A stretch of DNA of 64,000 bases. It comes from Promethearchaeota archaeon. Its GTDB lineage: Archaea; Asgardarchaeota; Lokiarchaeia; Sigyniarchaeales; SOKP01. Position 1 is the first letter of the stretch, and the number at the start of each line of letters is the position of its first letter. The notes under the pieces are model-generated. The model ran no database searches and was not told where the DNA came from. It worked only from the letters and a program-made list of their open reading frames with translations. The stretch lies in assembly GCA_019058295.1 (NCBI GenBank), contig JAHPZI010000021.1, positions 64,001 through 128,000 on the forward strand, read 5' to 3'. Shown here piece after piece: positions 28,956 to 37,566 of the stretch. The position numbers and the translations under genes were made by a program.

Positions 28956-30620
28956 TTAAAGAAATGGAGCTGCATTCGATAAAGTAAATGCGAAGGGTGC
29001 TAATGTGCTTAGTAGACAAGTTATAATTATTGTAGTTACAATAGCTCCCGCAATGATATTACCAGATTCTTTATAGAGAACCGCTAATACAAATGAACAT
29101 AGAAGAGTAACAGGGGTTGCTATTATCAGAAAGATCATAGTAAAATAATTATTGGATACTACACAGAATAAGATTATATAGAAATATAAATATAATATCT
29201 GAAATAGAAATCCTAATACTCCAGTTTTTATTAATCCCTTTGGTTTGTCTCTAAGTTTTGTTTGGAACAGTAACTGCATAAGTATTCCGAGTGTTATCAT
29301 AATTAAGAAAATAATAGTAAAATAGATTGGAACCCAAGGCAATTTAAATATTGAAGGAATCCATCCGATATAATTGAATCCAAATGTGAGAATTAGTATA
29401 CTATAGAGAATTCCTCCTAAGATGATCCCTAATACAATATTTCTAAAAATTAATTCTTTCGGTTGTTTTAATGATTTTAGTATATATTCTTTTAATGAAG
29501 AATCCGACTTTTTAGCAATATTTCGGAGGAGCAATAGGATACCGAAGGCTTGTCCAAATAAAAGCATAGTAAATAATCCAGCAATGCTGAGAGGAAGTGT
29601 AAAGAGGATCCATGACATAATGACCATTCCTGGAATTCCAAATCCCAAGGAATATAATATTAGCTTTTTCGATAAACTCCTTACACTTTCGTTCGGCTCC
29701 TCAATCTCAATAATTTCCTCTTCCTTCTGATGCAAGATTACCCTTGAAAGTGGTTTTATCAGTAAGAAAAATAACCCAAGTCCTGCTGTTACCTGCATTA
29801 CCAGAATCCAAAATCTAAAATGGGCGTAGAAATTTTCATCTGGAGCTTTCACATTAGGGAATGTGTTTACAACCCAGTATCTTGCTTCCCTTATAAAGTC
29901 TGAATCCCAAGCAAGGGTTAAATGATCGCTATTATCATCAAGATAAATCATTGAAGCATTACGTTCAAAATCTCCATATAATTTATTCACATAGACATTT
30001 TTCGTTTTTTTACCTAACCAATCCCCCATTTCTGTTTTAGTTCTTTCCAAGGGATGTGCTTCATCATAACGAGCTTGGATCATGAGAATATTCAAACTTC
30101 TATTAGAAATATCATCCTTTTCGATTTCCAAGCCTGATCCGACTAAAATTAGACACTTAAAATCATCATCTTCCTTGACTACCCTATTTCCCGGCCATCC
30201 TCCCATGCTATATCCAAGGTATCCTAAATTATGTATGTCAACATCGCTTCTTTCATCTAAGTACTTTTTTACTGCTTTAACATCCCTGTCTAATTTATCA
30301 AAACTGATAGCTCCCGTACTTTGACCATGTCCTCTAAAATCTAGTGTTACTACTATAAAACCAGCAGCGGCCATTTCAATCGCGTAACCTTTTAAAAACT
30401 CTTTAGTTGCGGAACCACCATGCCCCAAAATCATCGCTTTCATCTTCTTATCACCATTAATTGGTTCGAATACATTAAAATAAATGGTAATACCATCATC
30501 AGTTTTAGTTGTCAATCCATATGTCACCTTAACACTCGCAGGTGTTGCAAACATAAAGACAGTGCCCAAAATAAAGCATGAAATAAGAATAGAACCAGTC
30601 AAAATCCGTTTTCTGTTCAT
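28956..30620 (-). CDS. alpha/beta hydrolase with C-terminal multi-pass membrane domain
   Basis: LDFRGHGQS, GYSMGG nucleophile elbow, about 8 C-terminal TM segments. Confidence 0.85.
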   Translation of the reverse strand: MNRKRILTGSILISCFILGTVFMFATPASVKVTYGLTTKTDDGITIYFNVFEPINGDKKMKAMILGHGGSATKEFLKGYAIEMAAAGFIVVTLDFRGHGQSTGAISFDKLDRDVKAVKKYLDERSDVDIHNLGYLGYSMGGWPGNRVVKEDDDFKCLILVGSGLEIEKDDISNRSLNILMIQARYDEAHPLERTKTEMGDWLGKKTKNVYVNKLYGDFERNASMIYLDDNSDHLTLAWDSDFIREARYWVVNTFPNVKAPDENFYAHFRFWILVMQVTAGLGLFFLLIKPLSRVILHQKEEEIIEIEEPNESVRSLSKKLILYSLGFGIPGMVIMSWILFTLPLSIAGLFTMLLFGQAFGILLLLRNIAKKSDSSLKEYILKSLKQPKELIFRNIVLGIILGGILYSILILTFGFNYIGWIPSIFKLPWVPIYFTIIFLIMITLGILMQLLFQTKLRDKPKGLIKTGVLGFLFQILYLYFYIILFCVVSNNYFTMIFLIIATPVTLLCSFVLAVLYKESGNIIAGAIVTTIIITCLLSTLAPFAFTLSNAAPFL

Positions 30621-30814
30621 AGTATCTACTCTTACTTATTGGATATTAAATAAATTTTAGATATTATGAGTAGTTTATTCTTGGTTTATTTATAAGTGTT
30701 ATTAAGATTATCAAAATTTAGAACTAAATATTGTTCTATAAAACCTTAAATTAAAAATTATATCGTAAAATTAAAATCATCAGAATATAATATGAATGTA
30801 TAGGAGTGATTTAA

Positions 30815-31045
30815 ATGACTATACTAAAAATAGAACAAGGTCAATCGCAAAAGATTGTAGATTTAGAAATTAAAGTCTTAGAAATTGAAGAATTAAATTA
30901 TGTTAAATTTTCTATTAATCAACATGGAACCATCGTAAAATTTGGTGGAGGGCAAGAGGACAAATTCACAGCATTTGAAAAAATTTTCGAAGTCAAAGAA
31001 ATAGGGAGATCACTTTTAGTTTTAGAAGTGATTGATGATAAATAA
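30815..31045 (+). CDS. small hypothetical protein
   Basis: ORF preceded by AGGAGTGA. Confidence 0.65.
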   Translation: MTILKIEQGQSQKIVDLEIKVLEIEELNYVKFSINQHGTIVKFGGGQEDKFTAFEKIFEVKEIGRSLLVLEVIDDK

Positions 31046-31067
31046 CTAAAATTCATAGGAAAATGAG

Positions 31068-31158
31068 AAATTTCCTATTGAAGATGTTCAATCCCCCCGA
31101 ATCCATTAGAATGAAGCCTCATGGAATGCAAATCCTGAAAAATTTCTTAAAATTATAA
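31068..31158 (+). pseudogene. trpG 3'-end remnant (frameshifted)
   Basis: Translates KFPIEDVQ-(fs)-PESIRMKPHGMQILKNFLKL* vs Trp[33 protein letters not shown]. Confidence 0.85.
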
Positions 31159-31191
31159 ATTTTAATTATCAAAGTCCCCTTTAATTATATT

Positions 31192-32106
31192 ATGAAGGTT
31201 GCAATAACCGGAATATCCTCAAAATTGGGACATGTAATACTTCCATTACTTGAATCTGATCCAGAAATTACTGAGGTCTTAGGGATTGATCTTAAAGAAC
31301 CCGAGACATCTTATTCAAAAGTTAAATTTCTCCAACGAGATGTAAGGGATGAATCTCTTGCGGAAGAGTTCAAAGGATATGATATATTAATGCATTTGGC
31401 TTTTATTGTTAGGACACCACTCCCTAAAGATTTCTTTTCTATTAATGTAGATGGGAGTAAAAATGTTTTTAATTCGGCTATTCAAGCGGGAGTTAAGAAA
31501 ATCATTTATGCTAGCTCTATTGCAGCTTATGGAAGCTTTCCCGACAATCCTATTCCAATTACTGAAGACCATCCTATTAGACTTGCGGAACCCAAGTTTT
31601 ACTACAATGAAACTAAATACCTCGTCGAAAAATACTTAGATAAGTTGGAGAGTGAGAATCCTGAGATTATTTTTACTCGATTCCGCCCTTGCATTATATT
31701 ATTTGGAAAAGCTTTACTCATGAATGATAAGAAGGTACTAAGCATAGCGCCTGAGGTTCCATTTCAATATATCTGGGGAGATGATCTAGCGCAAGCATTC
31801 TATTTAGCCACTAAAAAGAATGCCCCTGGGATCTTTAATATGGCGGGAGATAATCCACTTACATCTAGAGAGATTGCTGAAAGATTAGGAATGAAACTTG
31901 TGACAATAAATTGGCACGTAGCAAAATTTTTAGTGGGTTTCACCTATAAATTACACTTACAAAAGAAAATAAACACCGGTTGGGTGTGGGCTGCTCGATA
32001 TCCAACTATTGTTGATTGTTCTAAAGCTAAGAAAGAACTAGGATGGACCCCTCAATTTGACACGCTTGGATCAATAAAAAAAAATTTAGAAGTACATTAC
32101 GGATAA
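31192..32106 (+). CDS. NAD-dependent epimerase/dehydratase (extended SDR)
   Basis: TGISSKLG, HLAF, SSIAAYG, YNETK (YxxxK). Confidence 0.9.
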   Translation: MKVAITGISSKLGHVILPLLESDPEITEVLGIDLKEPETSYSKVKFLQRDVRDESLAEEFKGYDILMHLAFIVRTPLPKDFFSINVDGSKNVFNSAIQAGVKKIIYASSIAAYGSFPDNPIPITEDHPIRLAEPKFYYNETKYLVEKYLDKLESENPEIIFTRFRPCIILFGKALLMNDKKVLSIAPEVPFQYIWGDDLAQAFYLATKKNAPGIFNMAGDNPLTSREIAERLGMKLVTINWHVAKFLVGFTYKLHLQKKINTGWVWAARYPTIVDCSKAKKELGWTPQFDTLGSIKKNLEVHYG

Positions 32107-32121
32107 GTTGTATTGTTAAAA

Positions 32122-32832
32122 ATGAAGGATAAGAAACCTAAGAAGATTTACAACAAACAATTAGTTGGTGTAGGTGTTAAAAAATCTCGTGGTATTCACA
32201 CCATTTTCGAAATTGGTAATAACCAACATGAATTATATCGGAATCTTTTATTAGATTCTTTAGAAATGCCCTTAAATCCGAGGGTAAAATTTTATATTTT
32301 CCATTTCCTTAAGATTTTTCCCTGGCCTCTAAGAGGTTATCTTGAGGCTTCAGTTTGCCTTTTAGGAAAACATTCAAGTGGTATTGAGGGCTGGTATCCA
32401 ATAACCATGCCAGTAACTGGAACTTTAGCATTATGGACCGGTCTTAAAGTAGGATATCCTAAGTACAAACCACAATCATTAACTTTAAAGTCTCAAAATG
32501 GAAATTGGATCGGAAAAGTTTTACATGATGATAGGGCTCACTTCACGTTAGAATTCTCACCAGAGGATGTGGACATTCCTTGGAGAGGGATTTTAACCAC
32601 TGATACACCTTTTTTATTAAACTCGAAATTATCAGGAAAAATAAACCTTATGAAGCCATCCGTACATAAAGAAAAGCTCTATAAGGAAGAAACTGGAATG
32701 GTCTCCGTTACAATTGATTCTGACGAGCCATGGACTAACTTATTCAATACTAATGAACTAAAAGCTCCCGGCATTTTCTTTCAATGGGAAGGGAAAAAAT
32801 ATTTAACACGTGATCAAAAAAAACCTATATAA
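32122..32832 (+). CDS. acetoacetate decarboxylase-like family protein
   Basis: GYLEA…MPV…GLKVGYPK pattern of the ADC fold. Confidence 0.6.
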   Translation: MKDKKPKKIYNKQLVGVGVKKSRGIHTIFEIGNNQHELYRNLLLDSLEMPLNPRVKFYIFHFLKIFPWPLRGYLEASVCLLGKHSSGIEGWYPITMPVTGTLALWTGLKVGYPKYKPQSLTLKSQNGNWIGKVLHDDRAHFTLEFSPEDVDIPWRGILTTDTPFLLNSKLSGKINLMKPSVHKEKLYKEETGMVSVTIDSDEPWTNLFNTNELKAPGIFFQWEGKKYLTRDQKKPI

Positions 32833-33024
32833 TCCGATATTTTACCCCAAGACCTTAAAATCAGTGCGACTGCGGATGATGGCACAATCATGGGGGTTAG
32901 GCATAAACAATATCCTATAGAAGGGGTCCAATTCCATCCCGAGTCGATAAAAATGAAACCCCATAGAATACAAATCCTGAAAAATTTTTTACACTTAAAA
33001 TTTAAGGAAGATAAGAAATTATAA
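32831..33024 (+). repeat. near-identical direct repeat of the trpG 3' end
   Basis: 32831-32960 matches 28728-28857 at 128/130 nt, then diverges to [20 protein letters not shown]. Confidence 0.95.
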
Positions 33025-33057
33025 AAATTAGTATGATTATTTAGATAATGAGAAAAT

Positions 33058-33258
33058 ATGACTTCAAACCTTAAGGAAGAGATTATAGACCTCATAAGAA
33101 AATTACCAGAAGATGCCACTATTGATGATATTATGTATCATCTTTATGTTAAAAAAAAGATATTAGCAGGTCTTAAAGATATTGATCAAGGGAAAATCGT
33201 TCCTCATGAAAAAGTCATGGAGAATGCCAAAGCGAGATTGGAACGATGGTTGAAATAG
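33058..33258 (+). CDS. putative type II antitoxin
   Basis: LPEDATIDDIMYHLY…GLKDIDQGKIVPHE; overlaps the downstream RelE/ParE toxin. Confidence 0.8.
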   Translation: MTSNLKEEIIDLIRKLPEDATIDDIMYHLYVKKKILAGLKDIDQGKIVPHEKVMENAKARLERWLK

Positions 33259-33530
33259 AATGGTCAACTACAGCTCAGATTGATCTGAATGATATTATAG
33301 ATTATATTGCACAAGATTCGCTTGAATTTGCTCTTTCGTTTTATGATCAAGTAAAAGAGAAACTTGAAAATCTAACTGAATTTCCAAATATGGGAAGGAA
33401 AGTCCCAGAGCTCGATGATCCTAATATTCGAGAACTGATTTTTAGAAATTATCGTCTTATTTATCGTATCATGGGAGATAAGATTCAGATCGTTAGAGTT
33501 TTCCATGGTTCAAGAATTTTAGAATTTTAA
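33246..33530 (+). CDS. RelE/ParE family type II toxin
   Basis: WSTTAQIDLNDIIDYIAQDS…FPNMGRKVPE…YRLIYR…RVFHGSR. Confidence 0.9.
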   Translation: MVEIEWSTTAQIDLNDIIDYIAQDSLEFALSFYDQVKEKLENLTEFPNMGRKVPELDDPNIRELIFRNYRLIYRIMGDKIQIVRVFHGSRILEF

Positions 33531-33549
33531 ACTAAATATAATCAAGATT

Positions 33550-33621
33550 AATTCCATCCGGAATCCCTTAAAATGAAGCCCTATGGATTGCAAATCTTGA
33601 AAAAATTTTCAAAATCTATAA
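33550..33621 (+). pseudogene. trpG 3'-end remnant
   Basis: FHPESLKMKPYGLQILKK; differences from resident trpG mostly synonymous or conservative. Confidence 0.85.
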
Positions 33622-33629
33622 AATACTTT

Positions 33630-34277
33630 TTATCTATTCTTATCAAATAAATAGAAGCATACAAGGATTATCCAGGCATATATAGAGAATAAATACACCC
33701 ATTCATAAAAAACATAAGAAGGAAACCCAATCACCAACAATATAATAATTATAGGCATAACTAAAATCATATAGACTCCGATACTATGAGGTATATTGGT
33801 CCGATATATGATAATAACTAAACCATAAGAAATCGTGGAGATGATACCTCCAATGATGGCAAAGGTAGCAAATAAAACATGTATTTCTCGGTTGACATCT
33901 AATGTAATAATACCTGTTACTATCATATTGAGAAAAATCATGAGCATGCCAAAGAATGCCAAATTGATTATTTGAGGTTTATTTTCTTGGTTTTCTTGAA
34001 TCTGGGACATTAATTGTTTCCTTATGAAAAAGGTAAGGGGTATAAAAAAGGGTCCCGAAATAACATTACCAATAGTTCTCATATAAGGAAAGGGGGTATA
34101 TTCACTATTTCCCATATCGCTAATATAATTATCTATCATATTATAGCCTTTAGTTCCAAAAACCGCCGCAATTATGTAGCCTATAATTAGAGCTAATGAT
34201 ACAACGGTAAATGCGATAATCGTCGATATTTTAACAATTTTTGGTTTAGTTAAATAATCATATACTTTATTTTTCAT
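33630..34277 (-). CDS. DUF998-like membrane protein
   Basis: YNMIDNYISDMG motif, about 5 TM segments, FYEW near C-terminus. Confidence 0.7.
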   Translation of the reverse strand: MKNKVYDYLTKPKIVKISTIIAFTVVSLALIIGYIIAAVFGTKGYNMIDNYISDMGNSEYTPFPYMRTIGNVISGPFFIPLTFFIRKQLMSQIQENQENKPQIINLAFFGMLMIFLNMIVTGIITLDVNREIHVLFATFAIIGGIISTISYGLVIIIYRTNIPHSIGVYMILVMPIIIILLVIGFPSYVFYEWVYLFSIYAWIILVCFYLFDKNR

Positions 34278-34289
34278 CGTTTATTCCCA

Positions 34290-35825
34290 TTATTTTTTTT
34301 TATTCTTCTCTTCTTCACGAAGTATGTTTTTCATTATTTTTCCGGTTGGATTTTTAGGTAGATCGCTTCTAAATTCAAAATATTGTGGAACTTTAAAATC
34401 AGCCAGATTCTTTTTACAGAATGCTTTTATTTCTTCTTCATTTAAAATGGTATTTTCCTTTAAAACAATGAATGCTTTTGGAAGTTCACCATAGATTTCA
34501 TCATCAACACCAATAACAGTGGCTAAAGAAACTGAAGGATGTGAGTATAATACTTCTTCTATTTCACGGGGATAGATATTTTCTCCACCCCGAATAATCA
34601 TATCCTTTTTTCTATCTGAAATAAAAAAAATACCATCTTCATCTTGGTGACCAATATCACCTGTATATAACCACCCGTCTTTTAGTGTTTCCTGATTTGC
34701 TTCTGGATTCTTAAAATATCCTTTCATCACGTGATCACCTTTGCATAGGATCTCTCCTTTAGTATTAGGAGGTAATTCATTACCATTATTATCCACTATC
34801 TTCATTTCAGTTCCAGGTAAAGGTAATCCAATGCTTCCAATCTTTCTTTTATCCTCTGTTAATGTTGGCATTGGATTAACTGAAGCAGCACATGTCGATT
34901 CTGTAAGTCCGTATCCCTCCACTACTTTACATTTGAATTTCTCTTCAAAAGCCTTCATAACCTCAATTGGTAAAGGAGCCGCACCACAAATCACAAACTT
35001 TAATGAGGAAAGATCTAAATGTTCATGCGGGATTTTTAATAGAATTGAAAGTATTGTCGGGACCGCGCTGAATGTAGACGCTTTATATTTTGCAACTGTA
35101 TCCCAATGCTTTTTCGCAGAAAATCCAGGAGTTAATATGCAGCTCGCTCCGCAATATAGGGGAGTCATAACTGTAACAATTTGTGCATTAACATGAAATA
35201 GTGGCAATATTAGCATAAATCTATAATCTTCTTCTGATTTAGTATGTTCCACAATCATTTCACTATTTCTAATAATGTTGAAATGAGTTTGTAATACCCC
35301 TTTTGGAAAACCAGTAGTACCAGAAGTATATAATATTGCTGCGGGATCTAGTTTTTCATCAATTTCAACCTGTGGAGGTTTTATTGAAGATGCATTTTCC
35401 ATTAATTCAGAATAACTTAATGTATTATTTTGTTGCTCTCCAATTAAAATTATATGTTCTAAACATGGTAAATCTTCTCTAATTTCATTTACATTTTCCA
35501 ATAAAGCTGGAACTGTAACTATAATTTTTGCCTCAGAATGATTCACTACATATTGTATTTCACGTGGTTTAAATAATGCATTCACTGGACCTACTATTGC
35601 TCCAATTTTTGGAATACCTAGATAAAAGAATACATACTCCAACATGTTTGGAAGATAGATACTAACAATATCACCTTTTCGAATTCCTAAATTGAAAAGC
35701 ATATTAGCTACTTTATTTGTTAACTTATTTAATTGAGAAAAGGAAACTTCTTCATCTTTCCAAAATAGGAATGTTTTCCCTTTATATTTCTCAGCTTGTC
35801 GTTCGACTAATTCACAAATATTCAT
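34290..35825 (-). CDS. long-chain-fatty-acid-CoA ligase (AMP-binding family)
   Basis: YTSGTTGFPKG, EGYGLTE, GWLYTGD, DRKKDMIIRGGENIYP, PKNPTGK. Confidence 0.92.
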   Translation of the reverse strand: MNICELVERQAEKYKGKTFLFWKDEEVSFSQLNKLTNKVANMLFNLGIRKGDIVSIYLPNMLEYVFFYLGIPKIGAIVGPVNALFKPREIQYVVNHSEAKIIVTVPALLENVNEIREDLPCLEHIILIGEQQNNTLSYSELMENASSIKPPQVEIDEKLDPAAILYTSGTTGFPKGVLQTHFNIIRNSEMIVEHTKSEEDYRFMLILPLFHVNAQIVTVMTPLYCGASCILTPGFSAKKHWDTVAKYKASTFSAVPTILSILLKIPHEHLDLSSLKFVICGAAPLPIEVMKAFEEKFKCKVVEGYGLTESTCAASVNPMPTLTEDKRKIGSIGLPLPGTEMKIVDNNGNELPPNTKGEILCKGDHVMKGYFKNPEANQETLKDGWLYTGDIGHQDEDGIFFISDRKKDMIIRGGENIYPREIEEVLYSHPSVSLATVIGVDDEIYGELPKAFIVLKENTILNEEEIKAFCKKNLADFKVPQYFEFRSDLPKNPTGKIMKNILREEEKNKKK

Positions 35826-36028
35826 TTTTTTAACCACTTTTTAAATTATGTTTGTGTTTTTATTACAATTTAAATTTCTCATTATTAATTCAATCTTTTC
35901 AATTCGTTTTTAATATTTTGCACTTTCGATGGTTTTAGGTCATAAATCTTCCACATACAGATAAATGCAATTAGATAAAATTGTTTAATATATTTATATT
36001 ATAAATAATAATTGATTGACATAAAATA

Positions 36029-36070
36029 AGTTTAAAATGAGTTTAAAATGAGTTTAAAATGAGTTTAAAA
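36029..36070 (+). repeat. tandem repeat (AGTTTAAAATG)x3.8 spanning the start codon of the next gene
   Basis: Units at 36029, 36040, 36051 and a partial unit at 36062. Confidence 0.9.
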
Positions 36071-36826
36071 GATAAGCCTTTAGAGAAGAAGAAACTTTTA
36101 TACAATTACTTAATTGATCCAAAAGTGACAAGACGTAATATACTATTTGTAGCAATATTCTTACCAACAATGCTCATAATTGGGGTGCTTGTTGCAGTGT
36201 TTTTGGGACCTGGTAACTTTAATATAATAGATAATTATATAAGCGACATGGGTTCTCATCGATATACACCGATTCCCAAATTCCTTGATGATGGTGTCAT
36301 GATAACAGCTGTTTTGTTAGTTCCACCATGTTTTTACATTAAGCATGTATTCGATTCAAAATCAAAACAATTAGAATCTTTAAACGTGCCAAAAGGTTAT
36401 TCAACCATTGTATTAATAATGATGCTTATTGGACTGTTCGGTATTTTTAGTTCAGGTTTTATATCCGAAGATGTGGCAATTAGCTTATATCCAGTAACTT
36501 CAAGTGCATATGATTTACATGATATCCTTTCCACTGTCCAGTTTGTTGGGCTTGCTAGTGCTGGATTTCTTATTGGAATTATTCTAGTGCGTTATCCTTC
36601 AGGAATTCTTGAATTAGGTGCTTACGAAAATAAGTCAAAGATATATCCGATTTTATTGGGATTAGTAATGATTTTTCTCACACCAATATTAACTACCTTA
36701 TACTTGTTAGAATTCCCGCCATCAGCACCGTTTTGGGAATGGATGTTGTTTTTCTCCCTTTTTGGATGGATTTTAGCCATAGGAATAGTAATTTTACACC
36801 AGATTAAGACAGAAGAGCTGAAGTAA
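36059..36826 (+). CDS. DUF998-like membrane protein (paralog of 33630-34277)
   Basis: FNIIDNYISDMGSHRYTPIP, PFWEW. Confidence 0.7.
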   Translation: MSLKDKPLEKKKLLYNYLIDPKVTRRNILFVAIFLPTMLIIGVLVAVFLGPGNFNIIDNYISDMGSHRYTPIPKFLDDGVMITAVLLVPPCFYIKHVFDSKSKQLESLNVPKGYSTIVLIMMLIGLFGIFSSGFISEDVAISLYPVTSSAYDLHDILSTVQFVGLASAGFLIGIILVRYPSGILELGAYENKSKIYPILLGLVMIFLTPILTTLYLLEFPPSAPFWEWMLFFSLFGWILAIGIVILHQIKTEELK

Positions 36827-36844
36827 TATTTATTTTTTTAAAAT

Positions 36845-37474
36845 TCATCTTAGAAATTTTAAGATATTATTAACTGAAGTTCCTTGTTGATTAAGCTTAC
36901 CACTAAAATGATGAATAGTGCTATTAACACATCCTTTAATTGTATTACATTCAGAAGTAATACATGCGATTTCTAACTCAGGTCCGGTTATGAAATCAAT
37001 TGCGGCTTTAAAGAATGCATATTTAATGAGGATTATCGCAATTTGTTTTTCTTTTGGAACTAATCCCCTATATAGGGCTTCCTTGTACTCTGAATCAAAT
37101 TGCTCTTTAGCTAAATAAATTACATTGATGACACAATCTGTGCTTTTAAAGGATAGTTGGACACCAATATTGAGTTTTTTTATCTGAGCTTCTTTTTTAT
37201 AATTTTTTTTTATAAGCTTCCTCATTGCGGCTAATAGTTCATCTTGATTTTGATCCCGTGCTGTATAAAAGATGATATCTAAATCACTATCTCGTCTACC
37301 TTCTACATTTGCTTTTGAAGCAATTTTTGCGACTTTTGCGATTTTGTAACCCAGATTTTTATGTAAAAAAGCTACAATACTATGCCATTTTGATTCAAAT
37401 TTTAGTTTTTGCTTTTGATCTTTATTCATATGTAGAAATCGTTGCTTTAATCTCTTTTCATCTAAAGTGACCAT
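36845..37474 (-). CDS. pol-beta-superfamily nucleotidyltransferase-like protein (OAS/CD-NTase-like pattern, degenerate)
   Basis: IAS…RRDSDLDIIF, IILIKY, PELEIAC. Confidence 0.5.
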   Translation of the reverse strand: MVTLDEKRLKQRFLHMNKDQKQKLKFESKWHSIVAFLHKNLGYKIAKVAKIASKANVEGRRDSDLDIIFYTARDQNQDELLAAMRKLIKKNYKKEAQIKKLNIGVQLSFKSTDCVINVIYLAKEQFDSEYKEALYRGLVPKEKQIAIILIKYAFFKAAIDFITGPELEIACITSECNTIKGCVNSTIHHFSGKLNQQGTSVNNILKFLR

Positions 37475-37566
37475 ATTTAAAGTCCTCGGACAAGTTTTAA
37501 TTCAAACCTTAATAATTAAGCTCTTTCATTGTTTGTGTTAAGGATCTTAAGAATATATCTACATTT

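Noticed and set aside
28728-32960. Diversity-generating retroelement (TR/VR pair) explanation for the trpG repeat
   Set aside because: No reverse transcriptase in the window and mismatches are not confined to adenines.
32814-33119. 101-aa minus-strand ORF with three Trp (…SGWNWTPS…)
   Set aside because: It is the antisense of the trpG repeat and antitoxin start; not a leader or real gene.
35929-35946. ATGGTTTTAGGTCATAAA resembling trpG ATGGGGGTTAGGCATAAA
   Set aside because: Too short and gapped to support.
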